A DNA stretch of 31,753 nucleotides, from positions 1 to 31,753 of IMG/VR virus record IMGVR_UViG_3300032232_000441; one strand, written 5' to 3'. The notes beneath the pieces were generated by a model. The model saw nothing but the letters and a program-made list of their open reading frames with translations. It searched no databases and had not been told where the DNA came from. This document shows positions 1 to 7,790 of the stretch, in pieces. Position 1 is the first letter of the stretch. The number at the start of each line of letters is the position of its first letter. Origin of the DNA: a virus (taxonomy: Duplodnaviria; Caudoviricetes). Made by a program: the position numbers and the translations under genes.

Positions 1-142
1 TAAGACCGTATACCCAGCCTGCCCCAAGTCCAAGATATTCGCCGACATAGCAGGCCACAGTACGCTCACCCCTGCAACGCTCGACGGTGTTCGCCGACTG
101 GGTTATCTAATCGAGGTGCAACAGGAGGTAGTAAAGGTATGA
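1..142 (+). CDS. 3' end of a small phage hypothetical protein (truncated by window start)
   Basis: Frame from base 2 reads KTVYPACPKSKIFADIAGHSTLTPATLDGVRRLGYLIEVQQEVVKV*; its stop overlaps the next start as ATGA (139-142). Confidence 0.65.
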   Translation, partial: KTVYPACPKSKIFADIAGHSTLTPATLDGVRRLGYLIEVQQEVVKV

Positions 143-414
143 AAAGGAACCCAGTAGTGCGCGACCTGATTGCCAAGCCTAGGCGTAACGCAGGTAAGCA
201 TAGCGACAAGCGTGCCGTGATGATTGAGGACCTAACAAATGTTAGGGCTGAGTTGGAGCAGGAGGTACGGGACCTGATTGACGACATGCTGCCCAAAGCA
301 GACAAGGACGAAAGGCGAGCGGAGTTACTCGCAGACCTGTACCAACTAAAAGCGTTGATACAGAAAGCCAAGCAAGTGCAATCCGAAATAGAGGAGTGTG
401 ATGATGAGCAGTAA
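139..414 (+). CDS. hypothetical protein, helical/coiled-coil (91 aa)
   Basis: AGGAGG RBS upstream, ATGA coupling, ORF track. Confidence 0.75.
   Translation: MKRNPVVRDLIAKPRRNAGKHSDKRAVMIEDLTNVRAELEQEVRDLIDDMLPKADKDERRAELLADLYQLKALIQKAKQVQSEIEECDDEQ
231..246. repeat. 16-bp palindrome copy 1 (CCTAACAAATGTTAGG), intragenic
   Basis: Read directly; encodes LTNVR. Confidence 0.95.
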
Positions 415-496
415 TACATGGGACACGGTGATTGGGGTTATCTCAGCCGTGGGGCTGGTTGTTTTATTAACTCTTGTTGTGTTGGGGGTGCTATGA
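401..496 (+). CDS. small single-pass membrane protein (31 aa), below ORF-track cutoff
   Basis: GAGGAG at 391-396; MMSSNTWDTVIGVISAVGLVVLLTLVVLGVL*; TGA overlaps next ATG (493-496). Confidence 0.6.
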   Translation: MMSSNTWDTVIGVISAVGLVVLLTLVVLGVL

Positions 497-1569
497 GTTA
501 CGCAAGCTATGCAACGATCAACCCAATCAACAGCTACGAGGATGCAGTTAGGTACATCAACGCAACTGCACCGATAAGGAATAGCAAAAACATAATCCCG
601 CTCGGTGCTAGGCGGTATCACCAAGCGTTCAGTATACGGATGGGTGGTGGGCCATCGGTTGAATGCTTGCTGTACGACAACCCAATTGTGTCTTTCCATT
701 TTTCGGGGACGATCACCATCGCCTCAGGAATAAAGACAAGTCGTTGGGTGTACTCCGACGTGACCGAGGCTTACTTCATCAAGAATCTGCTACGCCACTA
801 CGTAGCCGACGCATCCATGCACAAGCGCACCCTGCGTATGACCTTGGTTGATGGGAGGAAGGTGTCATTGCGTGCGGGTGAGCCGCTAGTGGTTCAGCCA
901 AGTTCAGTTGGGGCGAAGAACCTAACATTTGTTAGTGAGGCGCGACTGCGTGGGTGGAAGCTAAACAGGAAAGTTTGCAATGACGTGCGTAAGCAGTACG
1001 GAGATTTCTACAGGTATGTGAAAGGGATGGTGTCGTTACGCAAGGAGACCGTCAAGGTCGCTCACTACCAGTACAAAGACACTATCGCCATTCATTTATC
1101 CGAGATGGATCTCGGTGTGCCGATGCGCCCAAGCCGACCTGCCCGACCAAGTAAACATTGGCTGACTAGCAAGCCGATGGTGGGGGAGGTGGTGGCGGAG
1201 CGGTGGAACCACGAGGCTAGCCTGTGGGAGAAGAAGATCACACATCTGTACGACGACTGGGTGGAGAACGTAAAGGGGCTCCTAACATTTGTTAGGGACG
1301 AGGGGGAGACTCAGCACGAGAGCTGGCACAAAGCCTTCCTCATGCTTGCGTACTCGGCACAGTTCAGGGAGATGTTCGTTGACGATAGGGACTTGAGCTT
1401 AGGTGGTACGTACCTGTGCAAAGCAGCAGATGTACTCAAGGTACTCGACGAGATCATCTTCAAGTGGCATAGCAAGGAGGTGTTTGAGTTAGTCACACTT
1501 GAGGTAGGGCAGGTGCCTAACCCAGAGTACGAGAGCTGGGTAGACAGGTATCCCAAAGAAAGCAGCTAA
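493..1569 (+). CDS. phage early hypothetical protein (about 358 aa)
   Basis: Long ORF; start moved from 418 to ATG 493 (GGGGGTG upstream, ATGA coupling with the small membrane ORF). Confidence 0.8.
   Translation: MSYASYATINPINSYEDAVRYINATAPIRNSKNIIPLGARRYHQAFSIRMGGGPSVECLLYDNPIVSFHFSGTITIASGIKTSRWVYSDVTEAYFIKNLLRHYVADASMHKRTLRMTLVDGRKVSLRAGEPLVVQPSSVGAKNLTFVSEARLRGWKLNRKVCNDVRKQYGDFYRYVKGMVSLRKETVKVAHYQYKDTIAIHLSEMDLGVPMRPSRPARPSKHWLTSKPMVGEVVAERWNHEASLWEKKITHLYDDWVENVKGLLTFVRDEGETQHESWHKAFLMLAYSAQFREMFVDDRDLSLGGTYLCKAADVLKVLDEIIFKWHSKEVFELVTLEVGQVPNPEYESWVDRYPKESS
921..936. repeat. 16-bp palindrome copy 2 (CCTAACATTTGTTAGT), intragenic
   Basis: Read directly; encodes LTFVS. Confidence 0.95.
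1281..1296. repeat. 16-bp palindrome copy 3 (CCTAACATTTGTTAGG), intragenic
   Basis: Read directly; encodes LTFVR. Confidence 0.95.
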
Positions 1570-1622
1570 ACACCCAACCCCCATACAGCCCACTTACGTG
1601 GTCTGAGTACTCAGCTAAAAAC

Positions 1623-1651
1623 TTGACATTGGGATAACTTTGTGGTATAAT
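1623..1651 (+). promoter_or_regulatory. sigma70-type promoter, perfect consensus with extended -10
   Basis: TTGACA (1623-1628), 17-bp spacer ending TGG, TATAAT (1646-1651), intergenic. Confidence 0.9.
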
Positions 1652-1699
1652 ATATACTCAAGTGGGAATTTGTTCGAAGCAGGTAGGGGTTAGCCCTTA

Positions 1700-1715
1700 C
1701 CTAACAATTGTTAGA
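1700..1715. repeat. 16-bp palindrome copy 4 (CCTAACAATTGTTAGA), in the leader after the consensus promoter
   Basis: Read directly. Confidence 0.95.
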
Positions 1716-1751
1716 TGTTCGTTAGTGTCGTTAGTTAATTAGGAGTTCAGC

Positions 1752-2825
1752 ATGGCTAAGCAAGAAATCAACTTTGGTAAGACCGTAACCCTGTCCGAGG
1801 CCGAGAGCCTCATCGCAAGTATCCGCAACAACCGTTTCCTGCTCGCTGGTGAGCCGGGGATCGGCAAGTCCTCAATGCTAAAGCGCCTCGCCGAGCGGGT
1901 CGGTATGGACTATGCCTACATCGATGTGCCTAACATGGACTTGGGTGACATCGCTATGCCGGTGGTCGATCACGTAACGAAGACCACTAAGTACTACCCC
2001 AACAGTCGGTTCAAGCTGGAGAACGGCAAGCCCGTGTGCATCATGCTCGACGAGTTCAGCAAGGGTGCGACTCCGGTGAAAAACATGCTCCACCCACTGC
2101 TAGAGGTGATGAACCCACGACTCGGTGATGTGTCGGTCCCTGATGGGTCGATCATCTTCTTGACGGGTAACCTTGAATCCGATGGCGTCAACGACTCGCT
2201 CCCTGCCCATACTCGGGCACGTGTTACTCGGGTTGTGGTGCGTAAACCTTCATCAGAAGAATGGCTCGACTGGGCGCAGGGTAAAGGGGGGATCGCCCCC
2301 GAAGTATGTGCGTGGGTGCATCGCTATCCGCAAGTGCTGGCAAGTTACCTCGATGGTGGTGCGGGGGATAACCCGTACATCTTCAACCCTAAGTCCGTCC
2401 AGAGCGCGTACGTATGCCCACGTACCCTTGAGCTGGCTAGCAACATCGTAGTTCAGCGCACCAGCAATTCCGTGGACGCAACGATTGCCGCCCTTACGGG
2501 TACGGTAGGTGAATCAGCGGCGAGGGATCTTCAAGCCTTCATCGCCTACGCCGACCAGCTCCCAGCGTGGGAGTCGATCATTGCCAATCCTAAGGGGGCG
2601 AACGTACCTGATATGCCCGGTGCATGCGCAGTTACTGTGTACGGTGCTATCGCTAAGGTACAGCGAGAGACTATGACTGCGTTCATGGAGTACTTGGGTC
2701 GCTTCAGTCCCGAGTGGCAAGCATCGTTCGCTATCAACATCGCCAAGAACAAAGCCAAGCAGAGCATTGCGTTTGGCAACAAGGCGTTTAGTGATTGGGT
2801 TGCGGCCAACCAAGACCTGCTTTGA
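1752..2825 (+). CDS. MoxR/CbbQ-like AAA+ ATPase
   Basis: Walker A GEPGIGKS, Walker B IMLDE, sensor-like TGN, PRT motif; AGGAG RBS; adjacent to a vWA gene. Confidence 0.85.
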   Translation: MAKQEINFGKTVTLSEAESLIASIRNNRFLLAGEPGIGKSSMLKRLAERVGMDYAYIDVPNMDLGDIAMPVVDHVTKTTKYYPNSRFKLENGKPVCIMLDEFSKGATPVKNMLHPLLEVMNPRLGDVSVPDGSIIFLTGNLESDGVNDSLPAHTRARVTRVVVRKPSSEEWLDWAQGKGGIAPEVCAWVHRYPQVLASYLDGGAGDNPYIFNPKSVQSAYVCPRTLELASNIVVQRTSNSVDATIAALTGTVGESAARDLQAFIAYADQLPAWESIIANPKGANVPDMPGACAVTVYGAIAKVQRETMTAFMEYLGRFSPEWQASFAINIAKNKAKQSIAFGNKAFSDWVAANQDLL

Positions 2826-2844
2826 TCAACACAACCAGAGGAGA

Positions 2845-2860
2845 ACTAACAAATGTTAGG
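2845..2860. repeat. 16-bp palindrome copy 5 (ACTAACAAATGTTAGG), over the ATG of the vWA gene
   Basis: Read directly. Confidence 0.95.
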
Positions 2861-4079
2861 TAACGCCATGACCGAGGAGCGCAAGCTCCAACGAGTGACT
2901 ATCACTCTCATACGTAACCCTAAGTTCGCATTGTTGAGCGGGCTGCTGATGGTCGGTAAGACTTACATCGCCGACAACGTCCCGACTGCCAAGACCAACG
3001 GGCGCGACGAGATGTATGGGCGTGCGTTTGTGAAAGGCTTGGACGAGAAGGAGTTGGCGTTCGTGCGATTGCACGAGGTGGGCCACAAGATGTACCGCCA
3101 CCTCACTACGTGGCGCAAGCTGCACAAGGAGAACCACAAGCTGGCGAACATGGCGTGCGACTACGTCATCAACATCATGCTGCGTGATCTTGACCCTACT
3201 GAAGAACACATCGCTATGCCCAAGTACAAGGATGGCCCTCACAAGGGGGAAATCATGGGGTTGGTCGATGAGCGGTTCCGGGGGATGAACTCCAAGCAGG
3301 TGTTCGACATTCTCAAGCAGGAGGGACGCGGCCAAGGTGAGGGTGGTGATGGTGACCCCAACGAGGAGGGGTTCGATGAGCATGGGTGGGACGAGGCCGA
3401 AGAACTCAGCGAGGACGAGGCTAAAGAACTTGAGCGAGAGATCGATCAAGCCATCCGTCAGGGGATCATCAACGACCGCAAGCTCAACGGTGATGAAGCG
3501 GGTGGACTGGCGCGTGACTTGGGCGAGATGCTCAAGCCTAAGGTGGACTGGCGTGAAGCCCTGCGTGAGTTCGTTCGTTCTGTGTGTGCTGGTAAGGACA
3601 ACTCAAGCTGGCGTAGACCCAACCGTAGGTTCATTGGCTCGGACGTATACCTGCCGACGATGATCTCGGAGCGGGTGGGTCGCATCCTTATCGCAGTAGA
3701 CACAAGCGGGTCTATCGGTGGGCCAGAACTCACCGCCTTCCTAACAGAAGTTAGCTCCATCTGCGATTCGGTTAGCCCCGAAGTCATCGATCTTATTTAC
3801 TGGGACTCACAGGTAGCAGCACATGAAATTTATACCGGCACTGATTCTTCTAATCTTGTTCAATCAACTCGACCGAAAGGTGGAGGAGGTACTTCGCCAT
3901 CTTGCATCACCCAGTATATGGGCAAGCATAAGCTCGACGCTGAATGCGCCGTGGTTCTGACCGATGGATACGTGGGTTCGGATTGGGGTGGTGCATGGCC
4001 GTGTCCGGTTCTGTGGTGCATCGTTGGAGATAACAAAGTGGTTGCCCCTGTTGGTAAAACTGTTCACGTGGAGAACTGA
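2853..4079 (+). CDS. metallopeptidase-like (HExxH) plus vWA domain protein, DUF2201-like
   Basis: LHEVGH, acidic linker, MIDAS DTSGS, GGGGT and LTDG motifs; start may be 2853 or 2868. Confidence 0.85.
   Translation: MLGNAMTEERKLQRVTITLIRNPKFALLSGLLMVGKTYIADNVPTAKTNGRDEMYGRAFVKGLDEKELAFVRLHEVGHKMYRHLTTWRKLHKENHKLANMACDYVINIMLRDLDPTEEHIAMPKYKDGPHKGEIMGLVDERFRGMNSKQVFDILKQEGRGQGEGGDGDPNEEGFDEHGWDEAEELSEDEAKELEREIDQAIRQGIINDRKLNGDEAGGLARDLGEMLKPKVDWREALREFVRSVCAGKDNSSWRRPNRRFIGSDVYLPTMISERVGRILIAVDTSGSIGGPELTAFLTEVSSICDSVSPEVIDLIYWDSQVAAHEIYTGTDSSNLVQSTRPKGGGGTSPSCITQYMGKHKLDAECAVVLTDGYVGSDWGGAWPCPVLWCIVGDNKVVAPVGKTVHVEN
3740..3755. repeat. degenerate palindrome copy 6 (CCTAACAGAAGTTAGC), intragenic
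   Basis: One core mismatch and a GA centre; same reading frame as the others (LTEVS). Confidence 0.55.
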
Positions 4080-4080
4080 A

Positions 4081-4314
4081 ATGTCGAAGATAACTGTTGA
4101 TCTGGGCTACAAGTCCTACATCCTTGACGCTAAAGATGCTCTTGTTCTTGCCGACATTGTCAGTAAGGCAGAGATGTACGAGGAGAAGTATCACGGCAAT
4201 GGCAGAGAGAACACGCACCACGTGTACGCCAATGACGAGCGTTTCATTATGCGCGTCTTGCCTGAGTCTTTGTACAACATGGCAAAGCTGGCGGGTAAGC
4301 CAGAGAAGTCCTAA
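4081..4314 (+). CDS. hypothetical protein (77 aa)
   Basis: ATG just after the vWA stop with GGAG upstream; C-terminal part of ORF 3964..4314. Confidence 0.75.
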   Translation: MSKITVDLGYKSYILDAKDALVLADIVSKAEMYEEKYHGNGRENTHHVYANDERFIMRVLPESLYNMAKLAGKPEKS

Positions 4315-4325
4315 CAATTGTTAGT
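4310..4325. repeat. 16-bp palindrome copy 7 (CCTAACAATTGTTAGT), supplies a TAA stop
   Basis: Read directly. Confidence 0.95.
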
Positions 4326-4355
4326 TGTGTTCGTAATTAAACCTAGGAGTAGAGC

Positions 4356-5219
4356 ATGAGCATTGCATCATCAGCAGTATTGGTAAGCCTCAACATCAGC
4401 GTGTGGCCCGCATCGAAGATCGACCGTGAGGTTACCGACCAAGTCAACAACGACAATTCGGCTACGCACGACGCTTCGCAGACCAAGAAGAACCTGTTTG
4501 CAGGTACGCACTTACGTAAGAACATCGAGAAGTTCGCAGCCAAGTGCCGTGTCACTAACATCAAGTTAACCCTACCGTGGGCAGACAAGGGTGATCGCTT
4601 GCTTGCAACCAAGTTGTTCATGGAGCACAAGGGCTTCATTAACAAAGCCGAGGCTGAGTTCAATGGGTTGTGCAACATGTTCTTTACTGGGTACGACCAG
4701 CTTGTGCTGAGTGCGCCGACTCGGTTGGGCAAGATGTATAAGGCCGAGGACTATCCACCACTCGATGAGGTGCGTGCGAAGTTTGGGTTCCGCTACGTGT
4801 ACTCACCCCTGCCCGAGGCGGGCGACTTCCGACTCGACGTTAACAACGAGGAGTTGGAGTCCATTAAAGCTACGTATGAGCAAGACTTCAATAGCCGCAT
4901 GGTCGATGCGATGCGTGAGCCGTGGGAGCGACTTCACACTACGCTGGTAGGTATTAGCGAGAAGCTCACCGATGAGCCCGTTTCTGATGACGATGGTCCG
5001 AAGCGGCGGTATCACGAGTCGCTGATTACCAATGCCCAAGAACTGTGTGGCCTCTTGACTAAGCTCAACATTACTAATGATCCGAAGCTGGAAGAAGCTC
5101 GCCGACAGCTAGAGGTTACGTTAGTCAATGCAGACATTGAAGTGATCAAAGAATCACCGATGGTGCGTGAGTCGATGAAGGCCAAGGTCGATTCGATCCT
5201 CAGCAAGTTCGACTGGTAA
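4356..5219 (+). CDS. DUF3150-like phage protein
   Basis: 287 aa, AGGAG RBS; motifs TLPWADKGDRLL, DYPPLDEVRAKF, LNITNDPKL resemble proteins found beside phage AAA/vWA pairs (family assignment from memory). Confidence 0.6.
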   Translation: MSIASSAVLVSLNISVWPASKIDREVTDQVNNDNSATHDASQTKKNLFAGTHLRKNIEKFAAKCRVTNIKLTLPWADKGDRLLATKLFMEHKGFINKAEAEFNGLCNMFFTGYDQLVLSAPTRLGKMYKAEDYPPLDEVRAKFGFRYVYSPLPEAGDFRLDVNNEELESIKATYEQDFNSRMVDAMREPWERLHTTLVGISEKLTDEPVSDDDGPKRRYHESLITNAQELCGLLTKLNITNDPKLEEARRQLEVTLVNADIEVIKESPMVRESMKAKVDSILSKFDW

Positions 5220-5230
5220 GTTCACCCAAG

Positions 5231-5246
5231 CCTAACAAATGTAAGG
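5231..5246. repeat. palindrome copy 8 (CCTAACAAATGTAAGG), overlaps an RBS
   Basis: One mismatch, which creates TAAGGAG. Confidence 0.85.
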
Positions 5247-5254
5247 AGTAGAGC

Positions 5255-6136
5255 ATGGCATCAATCAATCAATACGACTACGACATCAACTGCAACTTGG
5301 TTGGCCTACCTAACGTATCCCTAATCCAAGACAAAAAACCACTGGACACCACCAAGTACAATTTCCAAACCAACTTGTGTATCTACAAGGTGCTGCACCC
5401 ACTGATAGGTAAGCCGTGGACGTTCTTACCCCAGCACACGAGAGGGGGTAGGAGCGACAAGATAGATGGCAAAGAGGTTCGGGTCATCACCGACTTTTTC
5501 ATCTACGAAAGTAGCGAGTACTTGGGTAGCGTTGGTATTTCTTACGTTGGTAGTGGGTACAAAGTAGTCGTAGATAACCATCGCATAACCGATGGTCGCA
5601 AGAGCGGTAGGGCTTTCCGTACCGAGAACTTGGAGCGGGCTACGCTAACCATACGCAAGAACTTCTACCGTATGCCTGACGCCGAGCGGGTCGAGAAGGT
5701 CATGACTGAAGTGGGCAACCAGCTCAACTCTGCTCATTGGGATACGCAGAGGGAGCTTACGAATAGGGAGCGGTCGTTGTTTGATAAGGCTAAGGACTTC
5801 GCCGTTTCCAACATGGAGCAGTACATACGTCAGTATCCTGAAAGAGGGACCTATGTTGAATTGTTTGAAAAGGCCAAGCTGGATCACGAGACGACTGGGC
5901 ACATCAGTAAGATGAAAGACTACGACAAACTTATACTTGTGCTACGAGAAAGTGAGCATTACATTGTCAAGGTTGGTGGTACAATAAATTCGATGACTGA
6001 TGACGCGCTATCAGAAGACTTACGAGCCAAGCTCGGCATGCTCAAGCTGGTGGAGAACGGTCAGTGTATCGAGGGTATGGGGTTTCGAGGTGACGAGAAC
6101 ACCTTCCTGATCACACCCGCAGTTATCAATATCTAA
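5255..6136 (+). CDS. phage hypothetical protein (293 aa)
   Basis: Long ORF with AAGGAG RBS. Confidence 0.8.
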   Translation: MASINQYDYDINCNLVGLPNVSLIQDKKPLDTTKYNFQTNLCIYKVLHPLIGKPWTFLPQHTRGGRSDKIDGKEVRVITDFFIYESSEYLGSVGISYVGSGYKVVVDNHRITDGRKSGRAFRTENLERATLTIRKNFYRMPDAERVEKVMTEVGNQLNSAHWDTQRELTNRERSLFDKAKDFAVSNMEQYIRQYPERGTYVELFEKAKLDHETTGHISKMKDYDKLILVLRESEHYIVKVGGTINSMTDDALSEDLRAKLGMLKLVENGQCIEGMGFRGDENTFLITPAVINI

Positions 6137-6137
6137 A

Positions 6138-6153
6138 GCTAACAAATGTTAGG
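6138..6153. repeat. 16-bp palindrome copy 9 (GCTAACAAATGTTAGG), overlaps an RBS
   Basis: Read directly. Confidence 0.95.
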
Positions 6154-6161
6154 AGAGAGTC

Positions 6162-6332
6162 ATGGATGTACGGATGCTAAAGCATGTGCGAGAACTGTTC
6201 GCTGTGGACTACGTGCCTATTCACACACAGCGGCACAACCAAAAACAATGGGTGAGAGCGGTTCGCAGATTGGGTGATCGCTGGATCTTAGCCACTCCAA
6301 TCCCTAAGCGGAAGGAGCCGTATGGAGCTTAG
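6162..6332 (+). CDS. small basic phage protein (56 aa), below ORF-track cutoff
   Basis: AGGAG RBS at 6151; MDVRMLKHVRELFAVDYVPIHTQRHNQKQWVRAVRRLGDRWILATPIPKRKEPYGA*; fills the gap between neighbours. Confidence 0.75.
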   Translation: MDVRMLKHVRELFAVDYVPIHTQRHNQKQWVRAVRRLGDRWILATPIPKRKEPYGA

Positions 6333-6525
6333 TAAACCAAAACGAAAGGGGCGTGGTCTTGGCAAGAAGCCAGCTCTTTTTGGTACGAGCTTGCGTTTGA
6401 GTAAGGAGGTGTTGGATTACTTCAATCTGCACTACCCACACAACAAGCAAGCCAAGATGCGTGAAATTCTTGCCGACTACGTCCGTAATCAAATTAATGG
6501 AGTCCGTAATGGAACCGAATGTTAA
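6322..6525 (+). CDS. BrnA-antitoxin-like ribbon-helix-helix DNA-binding protein
   Basis: Basic KGRG..KK arm followed by TSLRLSKEVLDYF...QAKMREIL, the strand-helix-helix pattern of BrnA/CopG-type proteins; AAGGAG RBS. Confidence 0.6.
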   Translation: MELSKPKRKGRGLGKKPALFGTSLRLSKEVLDYFNLHYPHNKQAKMREILADYVRNQINGVRNGTEC

Positions 6526-7009
6526 GCCTAAGAAGCTCACCATGAGCGCGAAGATCCGTGAATACCTCCGTACTAACCCTGATGAGGAACCCAAGAAAGC
6601 AGCCGAGGCGCTGGGGGTAAAGGTTTCTTTGGTATATGGAGTCAAGAAGTACGACAAGGATCGTGCGGCTAGGCTCAAGGTCAGGAAGAAAGCGGCAATA
6701 AGTAAACACTTGCCCGTATACGACAAGCTCACCGAGCTGCTCAAGCGTCCTGATTCGTTGATCAAACTTCCAGTCGTTAAGCCTGTCGTTGATATGGTTA
6801 ACCATCCCCCTCACTACACGCTGGGTGGGATCGAGACCATTGATTTTATTCAGGCTAAGCTGACCAAGGAGGAGTTCTTGGGCTATCTCAAGGGTAACGT
6901 ACTCAAGTACGGCTCACGTATTGGCAACAAGGGCGCGGCGATCCTCGACGCTGGCAAGCTGGCGTGGTACGCCAAGAAACTACAGGATGTGCTGAGCACC
7001 TCTTCCTAA
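6509..7009 (+). CDS. HTH-like N-terminus fused to a DUF3310 (T7 gp1.7-like nucleotide kinase) domain
   Basis: N-term KIREYL...KKAAEALGVKVSLVYGVK; C-term DMVNHPPHY..GGIETIDFI...GYLKGNVLKY..R...KG; GGAG before ATG 6509. Confidence 0.75.
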   Translation: MEPNVKPKKLTMSAKIREYLRTNPDEEPKKAAEALGVKVSLVYGVKKYDKDRAARLKVRKKAAISKHLPVYDKLTELLKRPDSLIKLPVVKPVVDMVNHPPHYTLGGIETIDFIQAKLTKEEFLGYLKGNVLKYGSRIGNKGAAILDAGKLAWYAKKLQDVLSTSS

Positions 7010-7020
7010 CATTTGTTAGG
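7005..7020. repeat. 16-bp palindrome copy 10 (CCTAACATTTGTTAGG), supplies a TAA stop, before the terminator
   Basis: Read directly. Confidence 0.95.
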
Positions 7021-7030
7021 TCTCCCTTGA

Positions 7031-7059
7031 AGGCCGAGCCAAGTGCTCGGTCTTTTTTT
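7031..7059 (+). terminator. intrinsic terminator closing the early block
   Basis: AGGCCGAGC-caagt-GCTCGGTCT stem followed by a T run. Confidence 0.85.
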
Positions 7060-7117
7060 GTCCGCGCTTTCGCGGCTAAACCAGTTCCCGCCCCCTCACG
7101 TTCTCCCATGTTCCCCC

Positions 7118-7145
7118 TTTACATTGTCCAGTTATGTGGTATAGT
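7118..7145 (+). promoter_or_regulatory. sigma70-type promoter for the replication block
   Basis: TTTACA, 16 bp, TG-extended TATAGT; lies after the terminator and before RBS GAGGAG/ATG 7171. Confidence 0.7.
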
Positions 7146-7170
7146 AAGGGGACTCAAAGAGGAGTTTACT

Positions 7171-7503
7171 ATGCACTCGGATCAGTCAGCGGAAGTAGAT
7201 GAAGACGGTAGGCTAGGGTGTCCTAAGTGCGGTGATATCTACCTACACCAAGGCAGCACCACGATATTTGAGCGACGTGAGGATGACGACTACGTCACGG
7301 TGATTGCACAAAACAACGCAGAAGTTACTGCTTCTAAGTTCCTCAACGCCGACACATGCAACCCAAGTTCTCGCCGACATGGGATGCTGATTGAGTTCAC
7401 CTGCGAGGAATGCCACTCAGTACCCCCCGAGCAAGAAGCACCCGCACCGTTTCGCTTGGCTATCTATCAGCACAAGGGGACTACGTTCGTGGAGTGGTGG
7501 TGA
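7171..7503 (+). CDS. putative Zn-binding hypothetical protein (110 aa)
   Basis: GAGGAG RBS; CPKC and CEECH pairs; start reassigned from 6964. Confidence 0.75.
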   Translation: MHSDQSAEVDEDGRLGCPKCGDIYLHQGSTTIFERREDDDYVTVIAQNNAEVTASKFLNADTCNPSSRRHGMLIEFTCEECHSVPPEQEAPAPFRLAIYQHKGTTFVEWW

Positions 7504-7790
7504 TGGCAGCAACCCCCGAAGCCAAGGTCAAGGCTAAGATCAAAGCCCTCCTTGAGAAGCACAGTGTGTACTACGCTATGCCTATTGGAACTATGTACGG
7601 CAACAGTGGCGTACCTGACTTCCTCTGCTGTATGCGGGGTCAGTTCCTAGCCATCGAAGCCAAGGCAGGTAAAGGTACGACGACAGCCCTGCAAGACAAA
7701 CACCTACGCACAATCCGCGAATGCGGGGGCATGGCGCTGGTGATCAACGAGAGCAACTTAAACGACCTAGCCCAAATACTGGAGCCGTAA
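7503..7790 (+). CDS. VRR-NUC family nuclease / Holliday junction resolvase-like
   Basis: TPEAKVK, GVPDFL, FLAIEAK, T.LQ motifs; TGATG coupling. Confidence 0.85.
   Translation: MAATPEAKVKAKIKALLEKHSVYYAMPIGTMYGNSGVPDFLCCMRGQFLAIEAKAGKGTTTALQDKHLRTIRECGGMALVINESNLNDLAQILEP

Noticed and set aside
6162-6525. 56-aa ORF plus BrnA-like gene as a BrnTA toxin-antitoxin pair
   Set aside because: The upstream protein is short and lacks recognisable BrnT/RelE features; cannot be excluded without a structure search
6964-7170. N-terminal extension of ORF 6964..7503
   Set aside because: It runs through the terminator and promoter; the good RBS lies before ATG 7171
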